NCBI GenBank assembly: GCA_046758965.1
Contig: JBHIBG010000006.1
Span: forward strand, 212 to 64,211
Length of the DNA stretch: 64,000 nucleotides
Source: Candidatus Methylomirabilia bacterium
GTDB taxonomy: Bacteria; Methylomirabilota; Methylomirabilia; Rokubacteriales; CSP1-6
Reading direction: 5' to 3'
Each line of letters starts with the position of its first letter. Position 1 is the stretch's first letter. The notes under the pieces were generated by a model, which was not told where the DNA came from, ran no database searches, and saw only the letters and a list, made by a program, of their open reading frames with translations. The position numbers and the translations under genes are program-made. This document shows positions 56,337 through 64,000 of this stretch, in pieces.

Positions 56337-56770
56337 GCTAGCGCCGGGCCGAGAACGGTCGGACGACCCACTTCGTGGGTGCCCGGCGGGGAAGGCCTTC
56401 GGCCTTTGGTCATCCGGCGGTCGTCGCCGTTCCTTTGCGGGCACCCAGTCCCGCCGGAGGCGGGCTGGGTCGGAGTACGCGGGCTCGGAGGGGAGCTCCG
56501 CCCCCCTGCCGACGCCCCTGGGCAAAGCCCACCGTTCGCCAGTTCTGCTTCGCAGTTGGCGAAGGGCTTCGGGGGCTGCCTCCCCCCGCCGGGACCCCAG
56601 CGGGCGGAGCCCAGCCTCCGGTCGGTCGGGGTCCCCACGAGGCGGAGCCGAGTGGGGTGCTGGGCTCCTCCCTGCGTCCTTGATCTGCTCGGTTCTCGGC
56701 ACGGCGCGAGTGGCCTCCTGCCAAAAGTGGATGCAAACGTGCAGATGGTGGGCGAACAAGCAAGCTAGCC
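56337..56770. repeat. Copy 2 of the GC-rich structured intergenic repeat, inverted relative to copy 1, with an extra 147-nt internal segment.
   Basis: 56419-56480 and 56628-56706 match the reverse complement of copy 1 blocks. 56481-56627 is absent from copy 1. Ends GCTAGCGCC (56337-) and GCTAGCC (-56770) form short inverted termini. Confidence 0.7.
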
Positions 56771-57790
56771 GATACCGAGCTCTCTCCGGACGATCCGGGC
56801 GCCGGCCGCGAGAGCCTTGAGCTTGGCGTTACACATCCCTCGGGGATCCCAGCCGAAGCCGCAGTCGGGGTTGAGGAACACCTTCTCGGGTTGCGCCACC
56901 CGAAGCACCCGGCGAACGCGGTCCGCCACGTCTTCGGGCGTCTCCGGGTAAAAGCCCTTGACGTCGATCACCCCCGCGCCGAGTTCCCGCCCGTCGTCGT
57001 ACTCCTTCCAGAGCTCGAGTTCCGCCAACTCGCGACCGGCGAACTCCAGAACGAGCTGGTCGGCCCGGGCCTTGAGGATGCCTGGGAAGTACGGGCGGTA
57101 CGAGCGATTGAACCGCGAACGGCCGAAGCGGTTGCCGAAGCAGATGTGGTAGGCGAGCTTGGCTTTCACGCCCTCAGTGGCCTGGTTGAAGAGGCGCGCC
57201 ATCTCCTCCCCGGAGACATTGCCGCGCGCGGGCTCGTCGATCTGGATGAAGTCGGCACCCGCAGCCACCAGCCCTCGGAGCTCTGCGTTGATCACCTCGG
57301 CGAAGCGCTCGGCCACGTCCACCACGCCCCTGTACACGCTCCCCGGATGGATCCGGGAACCAAACGTCAAGGGCCCCGCGCAGGTCGCCTTCGTGCGTTT
57401 CGTCGTGTGCGCCTTGAGGTAGTCGAACTCTTTGACGATCCCGAGTCCTCCCGGCGGTGTCTCGATCCGCCCTACCGCCTCGTAGCGCGTCTGCTGATCG
57501 TAGCCCCAGGGGCCGGCCCTCCGGCGCGCGGGGAGTGGAGTGATCCCCTTGATGATGGCGTAGTAGCTGTCCACGTAGCCGTCCAGACGGCGGACTTCGC
57601 CATCGGTGATGATATCGATGCCGGCTCGCTCCATGTCGCGGATCGCCGTATCGGCGGCGTCATCAAACATCTCCTCCAGGTCTGCGGGACCGAACTCTCC
57701 GGCCTCGGAGGTTTTGATGGCGGCGTACCACCACCCCGGCTTGCCGTGGGAGCCGACCACCGCGGTTGGCAGCAGCGGAAGTTCTGCCAT
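56765..57790 (-). CDS. Cobalamin-independent methionine synthase catalytic-domain family protein (MetE C-terminal-like, short form).
   Basis: LPTAVVGSHGKP, IQIDEPA, HICFGN and NPDCGFG correspond to MetE C-terminal zinc/homocysteine-binding motifs. 341 aa, a single domain only. Confidence 0.65.
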   Translation of the reverse strand: MAELPLLPTAVVGSHGKPGWWYAAIKTSEAGEFGPADLEEMFDDAADTAIRDMERAGIDIITDGEVRRLDGYVDSYYAIIKGITPLPARRRAGPWGYDQQTRYEAVGRIETPPGGLGIVKEFDYLKAHTTKRTKATCAGPLTFGSRIHPGSVYRGVVDVAERFAEVINAELRGLVAAGADFIQIDEPARGNVSGEEMARLFNQATEGVKAKLAYHICFGNRFGRSRFNRSYRPYFPGILKARADQLVLEFAGRELAELELWKEYDDGRELGAGVIDVKGFYPETPEDVADRVRRVLRVAQPEKVFLNPDCGFGWDPRGMCNAKLKALAAGARIVRRELGIG

Positions 57791-57841
57791 GGTTCTACCC
57801 TCCTTCCGTGAATTCGGAGAAGATTCGGGGCGATTGTTCGA

Positions 57842-58918
57842 TCAAATCCGCACAGGGTCCAGCTGCCCTGCCAGCCCATGGAGGGCTTCGAAGAGATAGT
57901 AGCTCCCCCAGATCAGCTCGTGAAAGGTTGCGAGGCCGGTCCGCTTGTTGTAACACCCCTCCCGGAGGATGCCGTCAGGCGCCAGGTAGCCGGCCACCAG
58001 GGCACGCGCTGTCTCCTCAGCCGCATGCCGATAGTCGCGCCGGCGATCCTCCGACTGCGACAGGGTAGCGAGCTTGAGCAGGCTGGCGCTGACAATGGCG
58101 GTCGCTGATCTGTCGCGGTTGGTGCGGGGGATGGCCGGGTCATCGAAGTCCCAGAAGGCGACCCGGTCCTCTGGAACGTGGGCGAGCCACCAGTCAGCCG
58201 TCAGCTCAGCAACATCGAGGAACCGCCGCTGGCCCGACCACTGGTATGCCAGACCCCAGCCGAGCATTCCCCAGGCTTGGGCCCGGGCCCAGGTGCCCTG
58301 GTCGGTCACCCCCTTGTGCGCGTAGCGGCGGAGCATCTCTCCTGTTTCGGCATCGAACGAGGCAGACTGGCAGACGGAGCCATCCTCGCGCGGGCAGAAC
58401 TCGATGTGGCGGGCCGCGTGGTCGAGGGCGATCTCCCGCAGCGGGGCATCGCCGCTCTCCCGGAAGGCCCAGAGGAGAAGCGCTGAGGCCTCCACCGTGT
58501 CCACGCTGGCCTCCCCCCCTCCAACGTGTGAGGCCTCCTCCGCCTTCACCCCGAGGGGAAGAGCCCCGACGCGGGGGGTGTACATGGCGGCCAGCCCCTT
58601 CGCGCCCAGGAGCGCGATCTCTCGAGCGATCGGATCGCCCTGCAAGATGGCCCCCAGGGCCGCGCCGTAATAGAAGAGGAAGCCGCGGAACGCGGTCTCG
58701 GAGTGGATCCGGGCCCTGAGCCTGTCGGTCCACTGCTCAGCCCACTTCACGTAACGGCCCCCCCCTGGACCCGTCGAGCTGAGCCAGAGCATCCCGTCCC
58801 AGTAGCCTCCGCTCCAGTCGCCAGATGGCGAGCATGTCCAGCAGCCGGTTTCGGGATCGGCGAAGTGCGGAAAGCTCTCCTGGACCCTTTGGCCTGTGCC
58901 GTCCACCCGGAGGCCCAT
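57842..58918 (-). CDS. Glycoside hydrolase family 88 / unsaturated glucuronyl hydrolase-like (six-hairpin glycosidase) protein.
   Basis: N-terminal DPETGCWT...GDWSGGYWDGMLWL and an aromatic-rich alpha/alpha-toroid pattern. No signal peptide. Start at MGLRVDG (alternative 59023). Confidence 0.5.
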   Translation of the reverse strand: MGLRVDGTGQRVQESFPHFADPETGCWTCSPSGDWSGGYWDGMLWLSSTGPGGGRYVKWAEQWTDRLRARIHSETAFRGFLFYYGAALGAILQGDPIAREIALLGAKGLAAMYTPRVGALPLGVKAEEASHVGGGEASVDTVEASALLLWAFRESGDAPLREIALDHAARHIEFCPREDGSVCQSASFDAETGEMLRRYAHKGVTDQGTWARAQAWGMLGWGLAYQWSGQRRFLDVAELTADWWLAHVPEDRVAFWDFDDPAIPRTNRDRSATAIVSASLLKLATLSQSEDRRRDYRHAAEETARALVAGYLAPDGILREGCYNKRTGLATFHELIWGSYYLFEALHGLAGQLDPVRI

Positions 58919-59211
58919 TCGAGAAAGGGCTTCACTCCACAGCCTGTGACTCACCTGACCGCTCCTTCGTAACCCGCTCCGGCCCCATGCGGGCAAGCGC
59001 CGGGGTTCAGAGGCGGCACCCATTATACCTACGGCCTCGCACGGAGAAAGCCCTCACCCGGCAGCAGGCGGGCCGGAAGACCGGAAGAAGATTTGGCACC
59101 GCCAATGGGCTTGACTCTTTCGTGTGCCAAAGAATATCCTTGGGGCCACTCTCCAGGCCATTGCTGTAATCAGCCCTGGGTTGCCAGCCAGGCTTAACAG
59201 GAGGTGGACCG

Positions 59212-60504
59212 ATGCACCACCGACGAGAATTCCTCAAGACCGCAGGCGTCGCCGCCCTTGCCGCGGGGGGCGCAATCACGGGGGCGCCGGCCATTGTCAG
59301 GGCCCAGCAGAAGATCCCGAAGGAGCCGATCAAGCTCGGCGTAATCGGCTTCATCTCCGGGGTGCCGGCCGCGCTTGGCGAAGCCGGCCTCAGGGCGACG
59401 CGGATCCTCGCCGAGGAGATCAACAACTCCGGCGGGATCCTCGGCCGTGAGGTCAAGATCCTGTTCGAGGACGAGGCGGGCGGAGCCAAGAAGGTCGTGG
59501 AACGGTTCAGAAGGTTCGCGCTGGCCGAGAAATGCGATGCCGTGCTTGGCGTGATCTCGACAGGCAACGGGCAAGCCGTCGGCCGGGAGGCCGAGAAGCT
59601 CCAGCAACTCTGGCTCTCCTGGGATGGCACCACCCAGAAGGGACTCAAGGAGACGCTCAGGAGCCCGACATACGCCTTCAAGAGCGTGGACAATGAGATG
59701 GAAGCGATCGGCAGCGCGCTCGTGGCCTCGCCCATGTTCAGGAACGCCGAGACCATCGCGGGGATCAACGACGACTACTCCTACGGCCGGAACACCTTCG
59801 AAGCCTTCGTCACGATCTTCAAGAAGATCGGCAACCCGAAGGCGCGAGTCGTGCTCGACCTCTGGCCCAAGCTCGGGACCACCGACTACAGCTCTCATGT
59901 CGCCGCTCTCAAGAGGGCCAATCCTGATCTCATCGTGACGAGCTTCTGGGCAGGGCACGCGCCCCAGCTCGCCAAGCAGGGCACTGCCATCGACCTCTGG
60001 TCAGGCCGCAAGGTGGTGATGATGTCAGCCGGGCTCAACCACTCCGAAATGAAAAAGGGGTTTACCCCGGAAGGCATCGTCATGGGGTACAACAGCCTCT
60101 ATTTCCAGTGGACGAATAACTGGCCGCTCCTGACCGCCTACAACAGGAAGCTCTGGGCACGGCACAAGGCCTACGCCACCAACAGCGATGGCCACGGGTA
60201 CTTCGTCCTCACCGCTTACAAGGCCGCCGTGGAGCGCGCGTCCGCTATCCTTGGTGGGGGCTGGCCCACCAAGAAGCAGGTGGCGACGGCACTCAGGGGG
60301 ATCCAGGTTCCGGCCCTCAGCGGCTACCGGGGCTACCGGGAGGATAATGTGATGACGACCGACTTCTTCGTCGGGGTCACCACGCACAAGAACGACTTTG
60401 ACTTCGCCACCGTTGACCCGGTGGGCGTCATGACGGCGGCGCAGAGCCAGAAGCCGCCGGGAGCGGATTTCCACAGGTGGGTCGACAGCTGGGGGCAGGC
60501 GTAA
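59212..60504 (+). CDS. ABC transporter substrate-binding protein (LivK-like), Tat signal.
   Basis: RBS AGGAGG before ATG 59212. MHHRREFLKTAGVAALAAGGAITGAPAIVRA Tat-type signal. PBP type I family. Confidence 0.85.
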   Translation: MHHRREFLKTAGVAALAAGGAITGAPAIVRAQQKIPKEPIKLGVIGFISGVPAALGEAGLRATRILAEEINNSGGILGREVKILFEDEAGGAKKVVERFRRFALAEKCDAVLGVISTGNGQAVGREAEKLQQLWLSWDGTTQKGLKETLRSPTYAFKSVDNEMEAIGSALVASPMFRNAETIAGINDDYSYGRNTFEAFVTIFKKIGNPKARVVLDLWPKLGTTDYSSHVAALKRANPDLIVTSFWAGHAPQLAKQGTAIDLWSGRKVVMMSAGLNHSEMKKGFTPEGIVMGYNSLYFQWTNNWPLLTAYNRKLWARHKAYATNSDGHGYFVLTAYKAAVERASAILGGGWPTKKQVATALRGIQVPALSGYRGYREDNVMTTDFFVGVTTHKNDFDFATVDPVGVMTAAQSQKPPGADFHRWVDSWGQA

Positions 60505-60628
60505 CGTCCACCATCGGGTCTGACCGCATAACCAAGCAGATCGGCCAGGGCGGCGGCTCCTGCGGCGGGGGCCGCCGCCGCCTCAAAATCTCCGAGCGAG
60601 CCTCCATTTTGTCCGCCTGAGGGATCCC

Positions 60629-61525
60629 GTGCTCGCTACCGCCATCAACATCCTCTCCACGGGCGCGTTCAATGCTTCGATCCTCTTCCTGATCGCGTCC
60701 GGGCTCCAGGTGGTCTTCGGGGTCCAGAAGATCTTCAACCTCGCCTGCGGCAGCGCCTATGCCCTCGGCGCATACGCGGGTGTCTCGTTCGTAGCGGCGT
60801 TCCTCCGGTTGGGAGCCCCGAGCTGGCTCTTCGTCTTCGCACTCATCGCGGCCGGCATCGCGGCCGCAGTCATGGGTCCGCTCATCGAGCGAGGGCTCCT
60901 CCGCTTCATCTACAACCGTCCGGAGTCGTTCCAGCTTCTGTTGACCTTCGCGGTGGTCCTGATCATGGAGGACCTGATCAAGCTCATCTGGGGGTTCAGC
61001 CCGCTCAGCACCGGGGCCATCTACCTCCAGTACGGCAGCCTCTCACTCCTCGGAGCCACGGTGCCGGTCTACAACCTCGTCGTCATCTTCGTCGCGATCG
61101 GGCTCGCCTTCGGAATCGAGTACCTGCTGCTCCGGACGAACTTTGGCCGTCTCATGCGGGGGACGGCGAGTGACGGGTTGATGAGCCAGGCTCTGGGCGT
61201 CAACATGCCGTTCCTGTACGTCCGAGTGTTCACGCTCGGGACTCTCCTGGGGACGCTCGGCGGGGCATTGCAGGTCCCCGCAACGCAGGCGGTCACCGAG
61301 ATGGGGGTGGAGGCAATCGTGCTCGCCTTCGCGGTGGTGGTGATCGGGGGTCTCGGAAGCATGCGCGGGGCCCTGCTCGGGGCCCTGATCGTCGGCCTCT
61401 GCCGGGCCTCCGTCATCTCCCTGCCCCCGCCGATCCCCGAGGCCGAGGTCTTCGTCATCTACGCGATCGTGATCGCGGTGCTCCTCATCCGCCCTCGTGG
61501 CCTGCTCCCTACCACGGCGAGCTAA
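60629..61525 (+). CDS. Branched-chain-amino-acid-type ABC transporter permease (LivH-like).
   Basis: 298-aa polytopic membrane protein, LivH-family pattern. Confidence 0.85.
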   Translation: MLATAINILSTGAFNASILFLIASGLQVVFGVQKIFNLACGSAYALGAYAGVSFVAAFLRLGAPSWLFVFALIAAGIAAAVMGPLIERGLLRFIYNRPESFQLLLTFAVVLIMEDLIKLIWGFSPLSTGAIYLQYGSLSLLGATVPVYNLVVIFVAIGLAFGIEYLLLRTNFGRLMRGTASDGLMSQALGVNMPFLYVRVFTLGTLLGTLGGALQVPATQAVTEMGVEAIVLAFAVVVIGGLGSMRGALLGALIVGLCRASVISLPPPIPEAEVFVIYAIVIAVLLIRPRGLLPTTAS

Positions 61526-61538
61526 CCGGCGACCCACC

Positions 61539-62555
61539 ATGCGCACCTCCACGATTCAGAAGTCGCTCGTCCTGGCGGGCTTCGTGGCGCTCGCGCTGGC
61601 GCCTCTCGTGCTCGACGTCTACCGGACCCAGCTTCTGATCACGTTCTTCGGGTACGGGGTGGCTCTCCTCGGCTACAACCTCATCTTCGCCTACACCGGG
61701 CTCCTGTCCTTCGGACATGCCCTCTTCGTGGCCGTCGGGAGCTACACTGTGGCCTTCATGACGAGCCGATTTGGCCTCTACTCGATGGAGCTCGCCCTGG
61801 TGATGGCGATCGCCACCGGAGCAGCAGTGGCCGTGGTCGTGGGAGCGATGTGCGCGCGCTACGTGGAAGTCTACTTCGCGATGCTCACGTTCGCGTTCGG
61901 GATGCTCTTCTACACCGCGATCCTCAAATCCTACAACCTGACCGGCGGCGACGAGGGGATGCCCGTGGACCGGCCGAACGTGCTCGGACTGGACATGGCC
62001 GCCCTCGGCCATCTCGACTTCCTCACCGGCCCGTACTACTACTACGCGCTCGGGGTCTTCGCAATCGCGACACTCGTCATGTGGCGCATCGTCCGGTCTC
62101 CCTTCGGGCTGGCGCTGAAGACCATTCGAGACAACCCCGAAAAGGCCGAGTTTCTCGGAATCCCCATCCGGATCTACCGGTGGTACGCTTTCGTGATTGC
62201 CGGCATCTTCGGCGCGGTGGGCGGCGCCCTCATGGCCCCGGTCGACGGCCAGGTGGACCCCAGCCTCGCCTACTGGACCGAATCCGGAACGGTGGTGTTC
62301 ATGGTCCTCCTGGGGGGCTTCGCCAACTTCATCGGCCCGTTGGTGGGGGCTCTCGTCTACATCAATCTCCTGGACTGGGTGCAGTCCCTGACCGAGTACT
62401 GGCGCATCGCCTTCGGAGGCATCCTGGCCATCATCGTCATCGTCGCTCCGGGCGGGCTCATGGGGCTCTTTGGAACGGTGGCGCGGCGGGTGCTCCCGGG
62501 GCTCGCAGCCGGGGAGGCCGCCGTAGAGGTGGAGAAGCCGCGTGGCGCTGCTTGA
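61539..62555 (+). CDS. Branched-chain-amino-acid-type ABC transporter permease (LivM-like).
   Basis: Start ATG 61539 (alternative GTG 61497 would overlap the upstream gene). LivM-family membrane protein. Confidence 0.8.
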   Translation: MRTSTIQKSLVLAGFVALALAPLVLDVYRTQLLITFFGYGVALLGYNLIFAYTGLLSFGHALFVAVGSYTVAFMTSRFGLYSMELALVMAIATGAAVAVVVGAMCARYVEVYFAMLTFAFGMLFYTAILKSYNLTGGDEGMPVDRPNVLGLDMAALGHLDFLTGPYYYYALGVFAIATLVMWRIVRSPFGLALKTIRDNPEKAEFLGIPIRIYRWYAFVIAGIFGAVGGALMAPVDGQVDPSLAYWTESGTVVFMVLLGGFANFIGPLVGALVYINLLDWVQSLTEYWRIAFGGILAIIVIVAPGGLMGLFGTVARRVLPGLAAGEAAVEVEKPRGAA

Positions 62556-63315
62556 GGGGCGAGACCTTCACAAACACTACGGGGCGCTCCGCGCGCTCGA
62601 CGGCGTGAGCCTCAGCATCAGCGACGGGGAGTTCCTCTCCGTCATCGGTCCGAACGGAGCAGGCAAGACGACCCTGGTCAATGTCCTCACCGGCCTGCTC
62701 CGCCCCCAGGCCGGACACGTCTACTTCAACGGGCGCGAGATCACAGGGCTCGGACCTCAGAAGCTGGCCCGGCTCGGGATCGCCAGGAGCTTTCAGCTCA
62801 TCCACATCTTCCCGGAGCTCACGGTGGTGGAGACGCTGCTCGCCGCGGTGATGTCCAGGACCCGGAAGAGCGCTCGGCTCTACGCCTCGCTCACGGGAGA
62901 CCGCGAGGTGAACCGAGAAGCGCGGGAGATCGCCGCCCTCTTCGGCCTCGACAAGAACCTGCGCGCGAAGGCGGGAAATCTCTCCCAGGGCGACAAGAAG
63001 CTCCTCGATGTGGCCTCAGCGTTCGGGCTCCACCCGGAGGTCATCCTGCTGGACGAGCCGACCAGCGGCGTGAGCACGAGCGAGAAGCACCGGATCATGG
63101 ACACCCTCGTGTCGGCCTCCAGGTCGATCAAGACGAAGGCGATCATCCAGGTCGAGCACGACATGGACATCGTCTTCTCCTACTCGCACCGGATCCTCGC
63201 CATGCACGAGGGTCGGATCCTCTTCGACGGGAGGCCGTCGGACCTGAAGCGGAACGAGGACGTGGTGGCCACGGTCATGGGGCGGAAGGACGTCTTTACC
63301 ACCCTCAAGCGCTGA
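62542..63315 (+). CDS. ABC transporter ATP-binding protein (LivG-like).
   Basis: Walker A GPNGAGKTTL, Walker B ILLDEP, H-loop. Confidence 0.85.
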   Translation: MALLEGRDLHKHYGALRALDGVSLSISDGEFLSVIGPNGAGKTTLVNVLTGLLRPQAGHVYFNGREITGLGPQKLARLGIARSFQLIHIFPELTVVETLLAAVMSRTRKSARLYASLTGDREVNREAREIAALFGLDKNLRAKAGNLSQGDKKLLDVASAFGLHPEVILLDEPTSGVSTSEKHRIMDTLVSASRSIKTKAIIQVEHDMDIVFSYSHRILAMHEGRILFDGRPSDLKRNEDVVATVMGRKDVFTTLKR

Positions 63316-63323
63316 CGGCACGT

Positions 63324-64000
63324 ATGGTCCTCCGCATCGACCGGATCGACGTCTACATCGGCCTGAGCCACATTCTCCGGGAGGTCTCGCTCGAGGTACG
63401 GCCCGGGGAGGCCGTATACCTCATCGGGCGAAACGGCGCGGGGAAGACCACCACGCTCCTGTCGGTCCTCGGCTTCCGGCGCCCCGCCAAAGGCTCCATC
63501 GAGTTCAGATCCGAAAACCTGGTCGGGCTCCCGCCCCAGGAGATCGCGAGGAAGGGAATCGGCTACTCGCCTGAGGAGAGCCGGGTGTTTCCGGACCTGA
63601 CGGTGCACGAGAACATCGCCTACTCCACCTACACCAGGAAGACCGAGAGGAGCGCCGAGGAGCGAACCGCACGAGCCTACGAGGTCTTCCCGAAGCTTCA
63701 CGACTACCGGAACCGGAGGGGAAACCAGCTCTCCGGCGGCGAGCGCAAGATGCTGTCGATCGCCCGCGCCCTAGCGCTCGATCCCGCCCTCCTCCTTCTC
63801 GACGAGCCGTTCGAGGGGCTCTCGCCGACGATCATGCCGCAGGTCGCTGAAAGCATCCACGAGATCACGAAGATGGGTGTGTCGGTCCTGACGGTCGAGT
63901 CCAACATCTACCACGTGGCTGACTTCGCCACGCGGCTCTACGTCATCGAGCGCGGCGAGATCATCTTCTCAGGCAAGCCCGGGGAGGTGCAGAGCTACCC
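63324..64000 (+). CDS. ABC transporter ATP-binding protein (LivF-like). 3' end beyond the window.
   Basis: ATG 63324. Walker A GRNGAGKTTTL, signature LSGGERKML, Walker B LLLLDEP. Reading frame open to base 64000. Confidence 0.8.
   Translation, partial: MVLRIDRIDVYIGLSHILREVSLEVRPGEAVYLIGRNGAGKTTTLLSVLGFRRPAKGSIEFRSENLVGLPPQEIARKGIGYSPEESRVFPDLTVHENIAYSTYTRKTERSAEERTARAYEVFPKLHDYRNRRGNQLSGGERKMLSIARALALDPALLLLDEPFEGLSPTIMPQVAESIHEITKMGVSVLTVESNIYHVADFATRLYVIERGEIIFSGKPGEVQSY

Noticed and set aside
56304-56820. ORFs 56304..56768 (154 aa) and 56335..56820 (161 aa) in the intergenic region
   Set aside because: Mutually overlapping and Arg/Pro/Gly-rich, and they coincide with copy 2 of the repeat. 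No start-site signals.
57791-57841. SAM or B12 riboswitch upstream of the MetE-like gene
   Set aside because: Only about 50 nt separate it from the upstream GH88-like gene, so there is no room for a riboswitch aptamer.
59084-59110. sigma54 promoter (TGGCAC ... TTGC)
   Set aside because: A -24-like TGGCAC is present, but the -12 GC element is missing at the required spacing (TGGG instead of TTGC).
1-64000. CRISPR arrays, tRNA/rRNA genes, integrases, transposases, prophage or defence-system genes
   Set aside because: No short regularly spaced repeats, no tRNA-like T-arm or anticodon-stem signatures in intergenic regions, and no proteins with recombinase, transposase or defence-associated nuclease or helicase motifs were seen. 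Only the intergenic repeat pair was found. A tRNAscan or Infernal run would be needed to exclude small RNAs formally.

Overview
High-GC (~68%) bacterial chromosomal segment, dense with solute-uptake and catabolic genes. I found no rRNA or tRNA genes, no CRISPR array, and no integrase, transposase or phage genes.

Plus strand, 1-8740: the 3' end of a xanthine-dehydrogenase-family molybdopterin subunit gene, then a five-gene Liv-type ABC importer (SBP, two permeases, two ATPases), an enamidase-like amidohydrolase, a small amino-acid-synthesis-family (PF06684-like) protein, and an LLM flavin-dependent oxidoreductase.

Minus strand, 9844-14355: a second Liv-type importer.

Plus strand, 14826-19189: a lipoprotein, a HAMP-only membrane protein, a GspG-like pseudopilin and a hybrid sensor histidine kinase in one apparent operon. 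Downstream are YqgE/AlgH, a second LLM oxidoreductase, a two-domain VOC protein and an M48 lipoprotein peptidase.

Minus strand, 23259-29424: RDD protein, soluble lytic transglycosylase, CDP-alcohol phosphatidyltransferase and GlnD, divergent from hisC.

A long minus-strand run, 33396-59023: M28 peptidase, TatD, EamA transporter, the housekeeping block metG-ricT/yaaT-holB-tmk, HDAC/AcuC, moaC, an interleaved tungstate (TupABC) and molybdate (ModABC) transport locus with a Mop-less ModE-like regulator, a LarA-like protein, a third LLM oxidoreductase, CoA-transferase A/B, a second full-length molybdopterin hydroxylase large subunit, a MetE-C-terminal-like protein and a GH88-like hydrolase.

Plus strand, 59212 to window end: a third Liv-type importer, truncated at the window end.

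The main unexplained signal is a structured GC-rich repeat present twice in intergenic DNA in opposite orientation (about 25881-26125 and 56337-56770). It accounts for stop-free pseudo-ORFs there. Other points worth a look: a promoter with a 6-6-6 inverted-repeat operator in its spacer upstream of tupA; a pilin-linked signalling module; two catabolic clusters suggestive of N-heterocycle or organic-acid degradation; and two long hairpin-rich intergenic regions.

I see no recognisable defence system or mobile element. All functional calls rest on motif-level recognition of the translated ORFs.
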